IMG/VR virus record: IMGVR_UViG_3300003323_000115
Coordinates: 2,270-66,269 of that record
Length of the DNA: 64,000 nucleotides
Origin: a virus
Strand: one strand, 5' to 3'
Both the position numbers and the translations under genes were made by a program. The notes under the pieces were generated by a model. It was given only the letters and a program-made list of their open reading frames with translations, had not been told where the DNA came from and ran no database searches. Shown one piece after another: positions 46,499 to 57,982 of this stretch (the stretch's first letter is position 1; each line of letters starts with the position of its first letter).

Positions 46499-46948
46499 TT
46501 AACCGTTGCGACGGTCACGCAGAGAGTTCTGAGCGACGTATTGATCCACTTGAGCTTGGCTCTGGCCCTCCATTGCCCCACGTGCACGTGCACGGTCAGC
46601 AAGCGTGGTGTTGTAGCTCTGGATCGAGTTCGCCAGATTAGTATCGGTGATGCCCTTCTGGTACTCGAATTGCTTCTTGGCCAGTTTCTGGGCATTGAAT
46701 GCCGACATGATGTTGCCGATGGCACCCAGACCCGACAGAGCAAGCTGCGCAGTGGGCACATTGAAGCCCAGGCCGGAAAGAGCACCGGTAGCCGGAGTCG
46801 AACCCGCAGCAGGCGTCAGACCATAACCACCATTCGTGGCACCCAGCGTGGACGTGTCATATCCACCGGTGGCACCGGCACCCCAGTTGGGAGTAGCACC
46901 TGCAAACTGAAAGTCGGCAGGGTTGTAGGTCGTAGTGGGAAGGTACAT
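46499..46948 (-). CDS. Small internal virion protein (N4 gp52-like)
   Basis: Gly/Ala-rich N-terminus; QKGITDTNLANSIQSYNT; synteny. Confidence 0.8.
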   Translation of the reverse strand: MYLPTTTYNPADFQFAGATPNWGAGATGGYDTSTLGATNGGYGLTPAAGSTPATGALSGLGFNVPTAQLALSGLGAIGNIMSAFNAQKLAKKQFEYQKGITDTNLANSIQSYNTTLADRARARGAMEGQSQAQVDQYVAQNSLRDRRNG

Positions 46949-46950
46949 GG

Positions 46951-49614
46951 TTACACCCGTAGATCTAGATTCAAGGTAACTTGAGTGAAATTGGTCAGAA
47001 GCGTCTGGGACATCTCTGCAATCTCACCCCCGGTCATCAGTGTCCGGCCAAGGAAGCTATCCAGTGATTCGGGGCGGAACCCCAGCTGGGTTGCAGCATC
47101 TGTGAATCCGGTGGGGTCAATGACCGCCCGGTCGTAGCCGATATTATCGCTGTAAGCCTGTTGGATCTGCTTTTGAACAGCTTCACCCTGCTTTACATAT
47201 TCCTCTGTTTCCTTCTGAATGTCCATAGTGGCCTTGTTGATATATTCAACAATGCCCTTCCCCACAGCCTCGGTCAGCTTGATCAGGTTGTCAGCTTTCA
47301 TGAGGTTGGAGAACCCATCCAGGGCAGAACCACCGTTGGCAATCGAGGTTCCGACATTGATCGCCACCATCGAAGCAATGGCACCAATAATCCCGCCGAT
47401 CTTCTCGCCGAACAGTTGAGTGGATGCAGACGTAATGATCTGGGTCAGGATCATTGCTGCCACAGCATTCGCCACAGCACCAACGATTACTGCCAGGGTT
47501 CCACTGAAGCCCAGGGAAGTGCCTATGCTCAGCGAAGAACCAAGAAGACCAGCAGAGGCACCACCCGTGAACACGGAGACGACAGCGATGACGATCACAA
47601 CCAAAACCTGGAACAGGCCAGTCTGGTACCACTTCTTTTTGTAGATGGTGTAGCAGTTGAAGACCAGATAGCAGCAAGCAGTGCTCATCTGCGTAGTCTT
47701 CACGATGTTCATCTGCTTGTAGAGCTCGACATGCAGGGGAACCAAGAAGCCAGATTCTTCAACATCAGCCAGGGCCTCAACACCCGTGATCTTCACAACG
47801 TTACCGTTGTAGACATTGTTCAGGTGATACAGATCGAAGAACTGTAGAGCACGCCACGAGTTGTCAGTCTCCTGCCAGTTGAGGATCAGTCGTTGCACAC
47901 GACGCTCACCGACTTCAACGTAGGTACCGTTGAACACAATGTCAGGGAAGATCTCATCAGACAGAGCATCCCACCAGAGTTCACCTCTCTTGGCTCCAGG
48001 CCTACGCTGACCGGTACCAACAGTCTCAGCCATGCCAGCCCAACCGATGACCATGTTGAAGTTCATCATGGGCACGCCACCAGAAGCAATCTGGATCAAC
48101 CGCATGGGCATCACCGGAGGCACAGGAACACTGGGTGCAGGAGTGCCCCAAAGCGGATCTGATTCATCACCAGCTTCCTGCACTTCTTTCCAGTGGTTGT
48201 AGGCATCCGTTGCAGCTTTGTAGTCGGCAGTCTTGGTCTTGTATTCCTGGTACGCAGCATCCTCGTAGGTATCACTGAGCATGTACTGGAACAGTCGATA
48301 GATGTACTCCTTCGATGCGTTCTCCATTGTGTTCAGCGAGACACCAAACATCCCATACACGAAGTCGAGTTGATCGATGTCTTCGTTGTCTTGGATCTGA
48401 TCAATGGTCTTGTCAAAGCGACCATTCACAGCTTTCTTGAAAGCCTTCTTCGCAGGCCCATAAACGATGGGCGCAGTCGCTTCAGTGATCGGGTTGTTGT
48501 CGATCCGGAAAGGAATGTAGGGAAAGAACTGTCCCTTGTTCTCAGTCGGATTGAACATCGCATCAAGAACAGCATCACCAGACTGGTACTTGTAGTTCCA
48601 GGCCTTGATCGCAGAGCGAGACTCCAGAGTCACGTCCTGCGTGTCGATACGGTAGTAGCGGTTGAGCTTGAGCTCTTGATCGAGCGTCGTGGTCTTGGTC
48701 GTCTTGGTGACTCCGCCACCAATGTCTTCATCCTCGGTGACCACAACAGGATCCAGGTCCACAGCTTCTGCATCTTGCTTGTGGTACTGCCATTGCTTCT
48801 GCTGCTTGATCTCGGTAGGAGGTGCAGGCATTGCAATGCTTCGCGTGTACTCCCCATCGATCTTGTCATAGTTCTCATCACGGGGGGTTTCTGTGTGGCT
48901 CGTTTCATCAGGCCTCCCATCGCTGTACGTGATCAACACATCAACCGTCTTGGTCAGAACCAAGACAGAAGGAACAGGCGTGTCGTCATGGACCTCGGTC
49001 CAATCGGTCATGTCAGGATAAGGATCACCCACAGCCACATCGACAGGAGTGCCTTCGACAACTGGGCCTTCCGTGTCGTTCTGTGCAAGGATGTACCGCA
49101 CGTTGAGGTACCGTGCAGTCGGATCGAAAGCAGGAGACGGCGTATAGGTAGCCGTGCTACTGTCTTCGAATTCGATTTGAATGTCACCACTGGGCAGGAG
49201 AGAGGCTACCCAAGCTGTGTTCCACAGAGCAGGGTAGTTCTCATAGACGTACGGCTCGGAAAATCGAGCTACGTCATTGAATGTGATGTCTGCTGATTGA
49301 ACCAAGACAGACTCATCGGGATCGTGCGGTACACGAGTGGCAACAACATCAGCATCAATGCTGTCACCGATGTTCACATGGGCATAGGTGAAGCCCATCA
49401 GTGCGTTGTACCCGCTGGAATCAGCCCATCGTGCGAAGTTGCGGAGCTTGATCCCAGGACCACTGATGTACCCAGCATTGATGGTCTCACCCATGGAGAA
49501 CTGGCTATTGGAAATCACATTTCCAATGACCAGTGTCTTCAGGTAGTTGGGTCTCTTCGCAATGTCGCCTGCAAGGTTGTAGACGACAGAGGAAACACTG
49601 ACGGTTGCACCCAT
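46951..49614 (-). CDS. Structural protein (N4 gp53-like)
   Basis: VSSVVYNLAG start, FFPYIPFRIDN, KKWYQTG, C-terminal hydrophobic region; synteny. Confidence 0.8.
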   Translation of the reverse strand: MGATVSVSSVVYNLAGDIAKRPNYLKTLVIGNVISNSQFSMGETINAGYISGPGIKLRNFARWADSSGYNALMGFTYAHVNIGDSIDADVVATRVPHDPDESVLVQSADITFNDVARFSEPYVYENYPALWNTAWVASLLPSGDIQIEFEDSSTATYTPSPAFDPTARYLNVRYILAQNDTEGPVVEGTPVDVAVGDPYPDMTDWTEVHDDTPVPSVLVLTKTVDVLITYSDGRPDETSHTETPRDENYDKIDGEYTRSIAMPAPPTEIKQQKQWQYHKQDAEAVDLDPVVVTEDEDIGGGVTKTTKTTTLDQELKLNRYYRIDTQDVTLESRSAIKAWNYKYQSGDAVLDAMFNPTENKGQFFPYIPFRIDNNPITEATAPIVYGPAKKAFKKAVNGRFDKTIDQIQDNEDIDQLDFVYGMFGVSLNTMENASKEYIYRLFQYMLSDTYEDAAYQEYKTKTADYKAATDAYNHWKEVQEAGDESDPLWGTPAPSVPVPPVMPMRLIQIASGGVPMMNFNMVIGWAGMAETVGTGQRRPGAKRGELWWDALSDEIFPDIVFNGTYVEVGERRVQRLILNWQETDNSWRALQFFDLYHLNNVYNGNVVKITGVEALADVEESGFLVPLHVELYKQMNIVKTTQMSTACCYLVFNCYTIYKKKWYQTGLFQVLVVIVIAVVSVFTGGASAGLLGSSLSIGTSLGFSGTLAVIVGAVANAVAAMILTQIITSASTQLFGEKIGGIIGAIASMVAINVGTSIANGGSALDGFSNLMKADNLIKLTEAVGKGIVEYINKATMDIQKETEEYVKQGEAVQKQIQQAYSDNIGYDRAVIDPTGFTDAATQLGFRPESLDSFLGRTLMTGGEIAEMSQTLLTNFTQVTLNLDLRV

Positions 49615-49617
49615 GGC

Positions 49618-50478
49618 TTAGTCCAGATTGTTGTTGGCCTTGATGTGACCCAACACGATATCCACCGAAGCATTCTGGAAGTTCGGGGGTGCCAGCAGAC
49701 CTTCGTCAATCGTCTTCTGGGTGATCCAGGCATCCGTGAAGATCTTCGCAGCCTTGATCTCAGCATCACGCTGGTAGCTCGTGATCTGCTGGGTGTACAG
49801 ATCCTTCTGCTTGCCCAGGGTACCGGCAACCGTGGTGCCATCAGCACGAGTATCCAGGGTCTGTGCACGCTGAGCATCCGTCTGTTCCTTGAGCAGGAGA
49901 AGCTGCTGCGGGAGCATGAACTCCAGCGTGAACTTCGCTTGGCAGAACGTTTCGGATTCGGTGGCCAGCTTGAGCTTGGTGAGAGCATAGCCAGCAGCGG
50001 ATGCAGCAGCATCCACCTTGGATTTCTCGTAGTCAGCCTTGGTCGTGGCAAGCTGCACACGGCTGATGACCACAGCCACTTGAGCAGCCAGAGCTTGCTG
50101 CTGGGCCAGAACAGATTGCCAGTACTGCTGATCCTTCCCAAGAAGGAACTGCACAGCCTGTCCCATGGCTGCTTCCGTGAGAGCAATGTATGCCTTCACG
50201 TAATCAGCACCAGTGATGCGGTTCGCTTTGAACTCCATCACCAAGTGGGCCTTGAAGCCCCGCATGATCACGTCGAAGGTACCCGGTCCTTCTGGATCAC
50301 CCGTCGTGAGCATGTCATTTGTGATTGGTTCGATCTGCGTCGTTGGCAGAGTCGGAAGATTGTCAGTGGGAATCTGGTACTCAGGCCCACTCAGATCGAT
50401 GTCCGGCAGGGTGAAATTGGCATCAGCAACAAGTGCCTCAAATAGCGCTTGTGCTTCGGTATCGGCACCACAGGACAT
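49618..50478 (-). CDS. Structural protein (N4 gp54-like)
   Basis: [30 protein letters not shown]. Confidence 0.8.
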   Translation of the reverse strand: MSCGADTEAQALFEALVADANFTLPDIDLSGPEYQIPTDNLPTLPTTQIEPITNDMLTTGDPEGPGTFDVIMRGFKAHLVMEFKANRITGADYVKAYIALTEAAMGQAVQFLLGKDQQYWQSVLAQQQALAAQVAVVISRVQLATTKADYEKSKVDAAASAAGYALTKLKLATESETFCQAKFTLEFMLPQQLLLLKEQTDAQRAQTLDTRADGTTVAGTLGKQKDLYTQQITSYQRDAEIKAAKIFTDAWITQKTIDEGLLAPPNFQNASVDIVLGHIKANNNLD

Positions 50479-50493
50479 GACTGCACCTCAAAG

Positions 50494-50525
50494 AAAAAAG
50501 CCCGAAGTCTTCTCAACTTCGGGCT
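50494..50525 (-). terminator. Rho-independent terminator
   Basis: AGCCCGAAGT-TGAGAAG-ACTTCGGGCT followed by TTTTT. Confidence 0.85.
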
Positions 50526-50546
50526 ATGTTGATGGACGGTCCGATT

Positions 50547-51389
50547 TTAGTTCAGACTGCCTGCTGCGGCCTGGGAGGCAGCAAGTCGGGCCAGTTCCTC
50601 CTTGGTCAGGGGATCCAGCACTTCCAGGCTGTACTCCAGAGCCATGTTGTGCTCGACCTTGATCTGCTTCGTCACACGGTCACGAGTCGTGCGGATGTTC
50701 AGGAAGCGCTTGGTCTTCAGGAACTCGTAGATGCAGTAGGGGACATGGTAGCCGTTGTCCGTGACTTCACCGTAGGGCACGAACTTCTTGACCGTACCCA
50801 GGTACTCGTTGGCGACCGTGATGATCTCGCCTTGCAGATCCTTCTTCTTCGGGTCCAGGTTCTGGATGCGCAGACGGACCAGCTTGGTCTGCTCTTCACG
50901 CATCATCTGTTGCAGAGTGCGCTTGCGAACCGGCTGGGCACTGCCAGTCAGGGGATTCACGACATCCTGGGACTTCTTTTCCAGGTCCGCTTCCGACGCA
51001 GCGGGAGCATCGGCGATGACACGGCTGGCGGTCAGAGCTTCCAGCTTGGCCTTGAGTTCTTCGACGGTCTCCTGGTTCTGGGCACCTTCCGCCGCCACTT
51101 GGGTTGCTTGAGCCGTCTGGGCAACCGGATTGGTCCGACCCAAGGAGAAAAGGGACGTGCTCTGGGCAGCAGCCGGTTTGCTTTCCGTCACCGTTTCCGG
51201 CAGTGCCGGGTTGAAGTTCTCGCCCTTGCCCTCCTGCTTCTCTGCGATCTTCTGACGCAGAGCCTCGACACCGATGTTGTTCGAATGGACGATGCCCATC
51301 TTCTTGGCACGTTCCTTCAGGACTTCGAGCTCGGTGGGTTGACGAACATCTTCCTCACCTTGGTTCAGGGGGTTGTTTGCTTCAGACAT
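50547..51389 (-). CDS. N4 gp55-like conserved protein
   Basis: LKERAKKMGI...LRQKI; GEIITVAN...KKFVPY; start MSEAN at 51389. Confidence 0.8.
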   Translation of the reverse strand: MSEANNPLNQGEEDVRQPTELEVLKERAKKMGIVHSNNIGVEALRQKIAEKQEGKGENFNPALPETVTESKPAAAQSTSLFSLGRTNPVAQTAQATQVAAEGAQNQETVEELKAKLEALTASRVIADAPAASEADLEKKSQDVVNPLTGSAQPVRKRTLQQMMREEQTKLVRLRIQNLDPKKKDLQGEIITVANEYLGTVKKFVPYGEVTDNGYHVPYCIYEFLKTKRFLNIRTTRDRVTKQIKVEHNMALEYSLEVLDPLTKEELARLAASQAAAGSLN

Positions 51390-51406
51390 GTCAGTTCCTC
51401 TATATG

Positions 51407-51434
51407 AAAAAGGGGGAGTGTAAAACACTCCCCC
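51407..51434 (-). terminator. Rho-independent terminator after the major capsid gene
   Basis: GGGGGAGTGT-TTT-ACACTCCCCC followed by TTTTT. Confidence 0.85.
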
Positions 51435-51462
51435 ATTCTGCCTCAATTCAGGCCGCTACGAC

Positions 51463-52692
51463 TTAGATCGGAGCAACCGTCTTGAGAACCGCCAGACGTT
51501 CCGGGCGCTTGATCAGGATACCGTAGTACCACTTGATCGAAGAGAAGCCCGTTTCGCCGTACGGATCGTTGCGGTCAGCCGTCTCACGACCCGGCATCTT
51601 GGTCATCACGGTGAACTTCACCGTCTTGCCATCGGTCTGGAAACCGATGGTGGTGAACGAGTCGTCACCCACGACCAGCATCGGGTACACGTCGTAGCGT
51701 TCCTGGCCACTGACCGTCGAGGTACGGAAACCGGGGTTGTCGGTCACGACGGCACCGGCACCTGCCCAGTGCAGCATTTCCGGAACCTGGATGATCCGCC
51801 ACTTGTCGATGGAGCCGACTTCACCATTCATGATGGTACCGGCGTCAGCGTAGTGCTGGATCTCGATGAAGGCCTTGTTGCCGAACAGGTCGGTCAGACC
51901 CTTCAGCAGCGGAACCAGTTCCGAGCCGACGTAGATCACACGGGTGGCACCGATGACCTTCGTATCGATCAGGCGGGAGCCCGTGATGATGGTCGTCGAA
52001 GTCGGCGTGCGGTTGTCGGTCAGGATCTGGTCCAGACGCATCAGGTTCTTGTAGCTCACGATGGAAGCCGGGATCTCCGGGTTGCCACCACCGGCCGGGG
52101 TCACTTCACCCGTGATGGTTGCATCCGAAGTGGCGGCGCCTGCGAACAGAACGGTACCGGCACCCAGCAGCAGGTCACGCTGAAGAACGGCTTCGGTCAG
52201 TTGGACCGCACCGTTCATCAGTTCACGGCTGAGGTGATCCATCAGTTCGGCGTCCGAGTCGAAGTCCATGGACTCCTGGGTGAACTCGTGGAAGAAGCCG
52301 AACTTGTGGATCGAACCTTCACGCTGGATACGGGTGAAGCCGACACGGTTCACACGGCCACCGTTCTCGGTCAGGGTCGGCAGCTTGTTGGTGATCGTAC
52401 CGATGTCCTTCGACGAACCGTAGAGGTTGCCGTTGGCGATGGTGACACCGGCTGCGTCGATACCCTGGTCGTTGATGTTGCGGTCGTCCAGCAGGGGGAT
52501 GTACTCGTACACCTTGATCGACTTGCCGAAGTTCTTCGGCATGTTCGTCACGTTCGCCAGAGGCATGAAATACTGCTCTTTGCGGGCAGTGATGATCGCC
52601 TTCTTCAGATAGAAGAAAGTGACCATCTGGTCGGAACCAGCACCGTCGATGCTGGACTTTTGGCCATCGGCCGGGGCGTTGTAGTTCAACAT
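51463..52692 (-). CDS. Major capsid protein (N4 gp56-like)
   Basis: [52 protein letters not shown]; strong codon bias. Confidence 0.95.
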   Translation of the reverse strand: MLNYNAPADGQKSSIDGAGSDQMVTFFYLKKAIITARKEQYFMPLANVTNMPKNFGKSIKVYEYIPLLDDRNINDQGIDAAGVTIANGNLYGSSKDIGTITNKLPTLTENGGRVNRVGFTRIQREGSIHKFGFFHEFTQESMDFDSDAELMDHLSRELMNGAVQLTEAVLQRDLLLGAGTVLFAGAATSDATITGEVTPAGGGNPEIPASIVSYKNLMRLDQILTDNRTPTSTTIITGSRLIDTKVIGATRVIYVGSELVPLLKGLTDLFGNKAFIEIQHYADAGTIMNGEVGSIDKWRIIQVPEMLHWAGAGAVVTDNPGFRTSTVSGQERYDVYPMLVVGDDSFTTIGFQTDGKTVKFTVMTKMPGRETADRNDPYGETGFSSIKWYYGILIKRPERLAVLKTVAPI

Positions 52693-52709
52693 TTCACTTC
52701 TCTCTCAGG

Positions 52710-53969
52710 TTAAACACGGTTTTCCATTTGCTTGAGGAATTCCTCATCGCTCATGGCAAGGGGGTTCACGACCTTGGCAGGCGTCTTGGCAGAAGTGCGG
52801 GTTGCTGCTGCTGCTCTGGCTTGTGCCTCGTTCTTGACCACCGGATTCGGGGTAGCGACCGTCTTTGCCACCGGAGCTTTCTGTCCAGGGTTATTGCCTG
52901 AACCAGCTAACTCATTGAAGGCACCGGCTTTCGCCATTTCGTCCCCCACCAGCTTGTAGGCGTCGAGGAACGGGGTTTCCATCGGAATCTGACCGAGCGT
53001 CCTCTTGCGGTCGATTTCAGCGTTGATGAGCCCGTAGACACCGGACTCGATCTGCTGATGCATGACCTTCATGAGTGCAGGTTGCTTCCACAACACTTCC
53101 TTGCTGGCTTGATCCCATGTTTGGTTCATCAGCACCAGAGACTCTTGACCCTTTGGTTGCGAACGCACGTCGTCCAAAGCAGTTTTGAAGAGCACTTCTT
53201 CGTCTGCGACCCGGTGATTGCCAGGTTGGTAATTCGATTCGGCCTCGATGTCCATTTCTTGTGGATTGAGACCGGAATCCTTCACGAGCTTTTTGATGGC
53301 CTCGGGATCCTTCTTACTCAGGTCAATGAGGAAGGAGAGTTTGCCTTCATCCAGCAAATCGTGATTTTCCAACATCATAAGCAATTTCTTGCTTGGTTGG
53401 AGCTCTTGTAGCTTTCTGGTGTAGTTGGCGCCCATTTGAGCCAACTGAATCAACTCTTCCGGCGACTTGAGCTCGATCATCCGACCATTCGCCTTGAATG
53501 GCTTCATGAGAGCTTCATAAGCAGCCTTGTAGTCGATCTCCTGAGTCTGGGTCTTCCCAGCTTCAGTACCACCCTTTTCCTTTTCGGTCTGGGTTTGATC
53601 ACCCTGACCACCGGCAGGAGTGCCGTCTTTTCCAGGAGTCTTGCCAGCTTCCGCTGCCAGACGTTCCTTTTCAGCCTTCTGTTCTGGGGTTTCTTCACCC
53701 TCGGTTTCACCTTCAGCTTGAGCAGCACGCTCAGCTTCGGTCAGGCCATCTTCTTGACCGGGCTGCTTGCCCTGTTCTTCTTGGTTCTGGGTAGCAGCCT
53801 TGGCAGCTTCTTCTTCAGCCAGACGGGCAGCTTCAGCTTCGTCATTGGCCTTCTTTTCAGCATCCAGTTCTTCCTGCGTCTTGGCCGGAGGTGCCTCGGG
53901 CAATTCCTCCGGGGAACCAAGAGCAGCAAAGTCAGCGTCGGTCAGAGCAAGGGGATTGACAGTTGCCAT
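52710..53969 (-). CDS. N4 gp57-like protein (acidic, scaffold-like; often annotated as tape measure)
   Basis: KPFKANG...MGANY..K; AAGGAG SD favours ATG 53969. Confidence 0.8.
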   Translation of the reverse strand: MATVNPLALTDADFAALGSPEELPEAPPAKTQEELDAEKKANDEAEAARLAEEEAAKAATQNQEEQGKQPGQEDGLTEAERAAQAEGETEGEETPEQKAEKERLAAEAGKTPGKDGTPAGGQGDQTQTEKEKGGTEAGKTQTQEIDYKAAYEALMKPFKANGRMIELKSPEELIQLAQMGANYTRKLQELQPSKKLLMMLENHDLLDEGKLSFLIDLSKKDPEAIKKLVKDSGLNPQEMDIEAESNYQPGNHRVADEEVLFKTALDDVRSQPKGQESLVLMNQTWDQASKEVLWKQPALMKVMHQQIESGVYGLINAEIDRKRTLGQIPMETPFLDAYKLVGDEMAKAGAFNELAGSGNNPGQKAPVAKTVATPNPVVKNEAQARAAAATRTSAKTPAKVVNPLAMSDEEFLKQMENRV

Positions 53970-53980
53970 GATCATTCTCC

Positions 53981-54355
53981 TTATTCAGCCGACGTATCGT
54001 CGTCTTCTTCGACTTCACCGCCAGCCCGGACTCGGTCCAATTCGGCATCCATTTCGTGGATGCTGTTCTTGGCGACCTGTGCCTGCTGGCGAATTGCCTC
54101 GACCCAACGTTTGAAATGACCCGAAGCTGCGGCCATCTGGATGCAGTCCTTCTGGATTTCCGGTGCAAGCGCCGGATCCTGGGACAGTTGGGCGTACCGT
54201 GCGGTCTCGTCCTTCATCCAGAATTCCAGAACCAAGGACTTGAAGTCCTGGTTCTTGCAAAGGCGTTCCAGCCTTTCACCGATTTCAACCATTTTCTGGT
54301 TGCCAGCCTTTTGGGCTTCGAGTTCTTCGACGTATTCGTTGATGTCGGTAGACAT
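53981..54355 (-). CDS. N4 gp58-like conserved protein
   Basis: ERLCKNQDFKSLVL; between portal and gp57-like gene. Confidence 0.8.
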   Translation of the reverse strand: MSTDINEYVEELEAQKAGNQKMVEIGERLERLCKNQDFKSLVLEFWMKDETARYAQLSQDPALAPEIQKDCIQMAAASGHFKRWVEAIRQQAQVAKNSIHEMDAELDRVRAGGEVEEDDDTSAE

Positions 54356-54368
54356 GATGTGCTAGTCC

Positions 54369-56675
54369 TTAGATGCGAAGGTTGGGATTGGTAGCTGGAT
54401 CACGGCTCGGATCAAAGTACATCGAACCGAGATTTGCTGAGGGATCAGATCCTGCCAACGCATCTCTTTCGACAGTGCTCACCGGTGCCTGCTGTCCGGA
54501 GCCGAGTCTATCAGAGATTGAATTGAATCCAATTGCGGCATCGATGTCTGGCTTGGTTTCAGAACCGTCTGCCTTTTTGGTCGTATTGAGTAGAGCCTTG
54601 GTGACTTCCAGCTTCTGGTTACCCTGGGCTTGACCTTCTTGTTTTTCCATATCACGGGCGTGAGTGGTACCAGACTCTTGTTCCACGTAGTCCAGATTCT
54701 TCTTGTCCTTGTTGGCAATAGCTTCTTGAGCCTTGGCCTTGTTCAGGTCAATTTCGGACTGGAGCTTTTCGATTTCCTTCTTCTTGGCTTCGACTTCCAG
54801 TTGAGCCAATTCCTGCTGAATCGGATCAGGTTCCGGCTTGTAGGTCAGAAGTTCATGAGCCAGTTCAGGCATGCGCTTCAGCTTGCAGATCTCGGCCAGG
54901 ATCTTCACAACGAGTGCCCAGTCACCCTTCGGACCGAGGGTCTGGAGCATGAACGACAGATCTTCGGACTTCTGGTTGTCCACCTCAGCCGTGGAAATGT
55001 CCACTTCCAGGTCGAAGTTGCCTTGCAGATCCTCACGGTTGACCGTGACGAACTGGGTATTGGTGACACGAACGACTTCCTTCTCAGACAGGAAGACAGC
55101 ATTCATGGAGATGATCTTGACCCCGATGTCGGTCATGCCCTTGGCAAGACGACGCAGAATGGCCATTTCACGCTTGCTGGATGCATCGAGAACACCTCGA
55201 ATACCGGCAGCAACATCCCCATAAGCCTCACCAGAGACACCACCAGCGAAGCTTTTCACACCCGTGAGTGCTTCAGCTTCGTTGTTGTTCATCTGGATCA
55301 CGGTCAGAGCAGATGCAGGTACCTCAGGGTACTTGTGCTCGACCCGGCCGATGTTCGGATTTTGTTGAGGGTTGTACTCGTAGTCCTCACCATTCTCGAA
55401 CTTGCGCTTGTTGATGGCATCGAGCATGCCCTTTGCCATGCCCTGTTGGGCATTGGCAGAGCGACCCATCAGGTCGATGATGCCTCGGGTGATCGCACCA
55501 AGCACAGCTTGGTTGTCTCCCAGGAGTTCAGCATCCGGTTCACCGTAGAGCTCACGCTTCTTCGGCATGTAGTTCGCCAAAACGAAGGGCAGCTTCTGAT
55601 CCGGGAACGGGTTGAGTTCCATGCGGACCATGACGTTGCCGATCCAAGTAGCCACGATGGCTTGCAGGATCCCGTCATTGTTGATGTCGTAGTAGCCCCA
55701 GTACTCATACGCAACGATCTTCTTCCGGGCCTTATCCGAGAAGTTGAAGTTGTCCGGAGTCGTGCTGGCATGGTCCGGCGTCGTCAGGGTACCGCCATCT
55801 TCCCAATTGACCGCATCGAGGTTCTTGTAGGTACCAGGACGCTTCAGCAGGTCAGCACGGTTCGTCTCGAAGGAGACGACAGCAAACATGGCCTTGTTGA
55901 TGTCACCACCGCAGGACGGGTCGATGACCACGTTCTCCATGTTCATGACTTCAACGGTGGGTTGGTTCAACAGAACCTTGTCCACCGTCACGATTTCAGT
56001 GCCTTCTTGCTCTGCGTAGTTCGGGATCCCCGACTCTTCGTAGAACTTGATGGCAGCTTTCATTTCCTCCGTTGCGTTCTCATCGAAGCCACGAGGATTG
56101 CTGTTCTTGAGCTCCAGGGCTTGCTTGAACTCTTCAGCCTGTTGCTCGTCCATCTCATCGTAGTGAGCGAAGGTAGGCACTTCCTTTTTCACCGGAGTGG
56201 TGAGACGTTCCCACCCAAGACGGACAACAACAGTGCCTTCATCGACTGCTGCACGAACGTAGTCATCCACGAACTTCACTCGGTTGAGCTTGGTTCGGAA
56301 CTGCCAGTTCAAGACCAGTTCATTCTGGTCTGCTGCTTCCTTGTCTTCGAAGGTTGTCGGCGTGACCTTGAAGATCTTGTTGTTGCCGACGAAGGGCTCA
56401 GTCAGTGCAGAGTACCGCCACTCTGCCTGACGACGGATGAGCTTGGGTTGAACCTGGGAACGGTTCTTTGCACCCGTCTTCTTCCGACGAGCAGCCATGA
56501 GATCGTTCCATTTCTGGACCTGACTCATGTGCGCATCGTGAGCAGGCTTGGCTGCATCCCAGTCGCTCTTCAAGCGAGCCTGGGTCGGCTCATTCTTCCA
56601 GGAGGTCAGTTTTTGAGCCACAGCATCGCTGGGCTTCATCTTCAGAGTCTGGTCGTCGGTGGGTTGCAGTGCCAT
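54369..56675 (-). CDS. Portal protein (N4 gp59-like)
   Basis: [50 protein letters not shown]. Confidence 0.93.
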   Translation of the reverse strand: MALQPTDDQTLKMKPSDAVAQKLTSWKNEPTQARLKSDWDAAKPAHDAHMSQVQKWNDLMAARRKKTGAKNRSQVQPKLIRRQAEWRYSALTEPFVGNNKIFKVTPTTFEDKEAADQNELVLNWQFRTKLNRVKFVDDYVRAAVDEGTVVVRLGWERLTTPVKKEVPTFAHYDEMDEQQAEEFKQALELKNSNPRGFDENATEEMKAAIKFYEESGIPNYAEQEGTEIVTVDKVLLNQPTVEVMNMENVVIDPSCGGDINKAMFAVVSFETNRADLLKRPGTYKNLDAVNWEDGGTLTTPDHASTTPDNFNFSDKARKKIVAYEYWGYYDINNDGILQAIVATWIGNVMVRMELNPFPDQKLPFVLANYMPKKRELYGEPDAELLGDNQAVLGAITRGIIDLMGRSANAQQGMAKGMLDAINKRKFENGEDYEYNPQQNPNIGRVEHKYPEVPASALTVIQMNNNEAEALTGVKSFAGGVSGEAYGDVAAGIRGVLDASSKREMAILRRLAKGMTDIGVKIISMNAVFLSEKEVVRVTNTQFVTVNREDLQGNFDLEVDISTAEVDNQKSEDLSFMLQTLGPKGDWALVVKILAEICKLKRMPELAHELLTYKPEPDPIQQELAQLEVEAKKKEIEKLQSEIDLNKAKAQEAIANKDKKNLDYVEQESGTTHARDMEKQEGQAQGNQKLEVTKALLNTTKKADGSETKPDIDAAIGFNSISDRLGSGQQAPVSTVERDALAGSDPSANLGSMYFDPSRDPATNPNLRI

Positions 56676-56680
56676 GATGT

Positions 56681-57184
56681 TTACTCAAAAAGTTTGCGAT
56701 CAGCCCGAATCTGGGTGCTCAAGGCTTCAATGGCAGCGTCACGCTGTCCAAGAGTGAGCCGGAGCTCTTGTACCAATCCTCGGCCTTCTTCGAGACTTCG
56801 GTCGAGTCGGGCTGCATGAGCTGCAAGATCTCGGCACTGAGCGGGGCCAGCTTCGGCTTGACGTTGATATACGTTGGCTCGCTCTTGAGAGCCCCGCAGC
56901 CGCTTATCGTACTCAGCACGCACAGCAGCAAGAGCCACTTCGTGTAGCCTCGTTTGCTCGGCAATCTTGGACTGGAGACGGCTTGTTTCGGCTGCATGTT
57001 CTTGCTCCTTGGTTCGAATCAGGGTTTGCTGTCTGTTGATCTCTCGACTGTATTCAAGTTTGTCTTGTGCCCATTTGGCTTGCCACTGAGCATCCTTGTA
57101 GTTGGAACCAAGAAAGAAAATAGCCCCGATCATCAGGGCTACACCTCCAACCAGTCCAACCCATTTCAGGGCCGTTGTGTACAT
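56681..57184 (-). CDS. Rz: Inner-membrane spanin (Rz-like)
   Basis: N-terminal TM segment then coiled coil; follows the endolysin; start MYTT at 57184. Confidence 0.8.
   Translation of the reverse strand: MYTTALKWVGLVGGVALMIGAIFFLGSNYKDAQWQAKWAQDKLEYSREINRQQTLIRTKEQEHAAETSRLQSKIAEQTRLHEVALAAVRAEYDKRLRGSQERANVYQRQAEAGPAQCRDLAAHAARLDRSLEEGRGLVQELRLTLGQRDAAIEALSTQIRADRKLFE
56719..56997 (-). CDS. Rz1: Outer-membrane lipoprotein spanin (Rz1-like), fully embedded in Rz
   Basis: Own AAGGAG SD; signal peptide [13 protein letters not shown] lipobox; Pro-rich mature region. Confidence 0.8.
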   Translation of the reverse strand: MQPKQAVSSPRLPSKRGYTKWLLLLCVLSTISGCGALKSEPTYINVKPKLAPLSAEILQLMQPDSTEVSKKAEDWYKSSGSLLDSVTLPLKP

Positions 57185-57186
57185 GG

Positions 57187-57783
57187 TCACTCCTTGCACC
57201 GGCTCAGCGGTACGTTGCCAATTCGGTGGTCCAGCCACCCAACGGTGAATTCCGGGAGGTTCGTCAGCGAGAGGTAGTAGGCACCTTGCTGGGCATCGAT
57301 CGCTTTGATGACCAGTTCGCAAGCCTTCACTTTCCCACGAACCCTGACCAGCCCTTGATAGGCCGCCACCGTGCCGGGACCAACTTTACCATCGACTTGA
57401 ATTGTAGGGAAATCCTTCCCACCCCGATTCAGACGATTGAGGCTGGTCTGGAGCCAAACAGAAGGGCGACCAGGGCCAGTGTTCACACCGGCATCGATCA
57501 GCTTGTGAGCCACAGCAGGCGACAGCACAGCGAATGCATCGAATCCCGGCTTCTTGGCGTACTGGTTGGTGTAGATCTCAACCGCTACTTCCTGCGGCAT
57601 TTCCTTCATGGGACCGGTGTAGCCATTGGCTACAGCAACAGTCTTGGTGACCCCATGGTTGGTTTCACCACCCGGATCCTTCGGGTTGTTGACATAGCCA
57701 CCCTCCACACCCAGTACCGCAATGATGATGGTGGCAATAGCTCCGGAGACACCACCTACTACTTTGGTCTTAGTTGTCGCCAT
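57187..57783 (-). CDS. GH108 N-acetylmuramidase endolysin with probable SAR anchor (N4 gp61-like)
   Basis: EGGYVNNPKDPGGETNHGVT directly after the Gly/Ala-rich hydrophobic segment VVGGVSGAIATIIIAVLGV; C-terminal peptidoglycan-binding region. Confidence 0.9.
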   Translation of the reverse strand: MATTKTKVVGGVSGAIATIIIAVLGVEGGYVNNPKDPGGETNHGVTKTVAVANGYTGPMKEMPQEVAVEIYTNQYAKKPGFDAFAVLSPAVAHKLIDAGVNTGPGRPSVWLQTSLNRLNRGGKDFPTIQVDGKVGPGTVAAYQGLVRVRGKVKACELVIKAIDAQQGAYYLSLTNLPEFTVGWLDHRIGNVPLSRCKE

Positions 57784-57982
57784 GATCGGCTTCCTCGTCG
57801 ATGAATTGCTTGACCACTCGGGCGATTGCTACACCAGGGCCAGTCAAGTAGAAGATCCAGAACGGCACGGATTCACCGTACTGGCGCAGAACGATGTCCA
57901 GGATCGAAAGGATCATGAGGAAACCAGCAACCCACATGGTTGCCAGCTTCCAGCTTTGCTTCCAGTTGCTGATGAGCTTCAT
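57770..57982 (-). CDS. Putative holin (two TM segments)
   Basis: MKLISNWKQSWK then two hydrophobic helices; directly upstream of the endolysin. Confidence 0.65.
   Translation of the reverse strand: MKLISNWKQSWKLATMWVAGFLMILSILDIVLRQYGESVPFWIFYLTGPGVAIARVVKQFIDEEADHGDN

Noticed and set aside
34411-52713. Long + strand ORFs opposite vRNAP and structural genes (e.g. 35956-38133, 42103-43797, 45146-46984)
   Set aside because: Mirror frames of the - strand genes with no independent coding signal.
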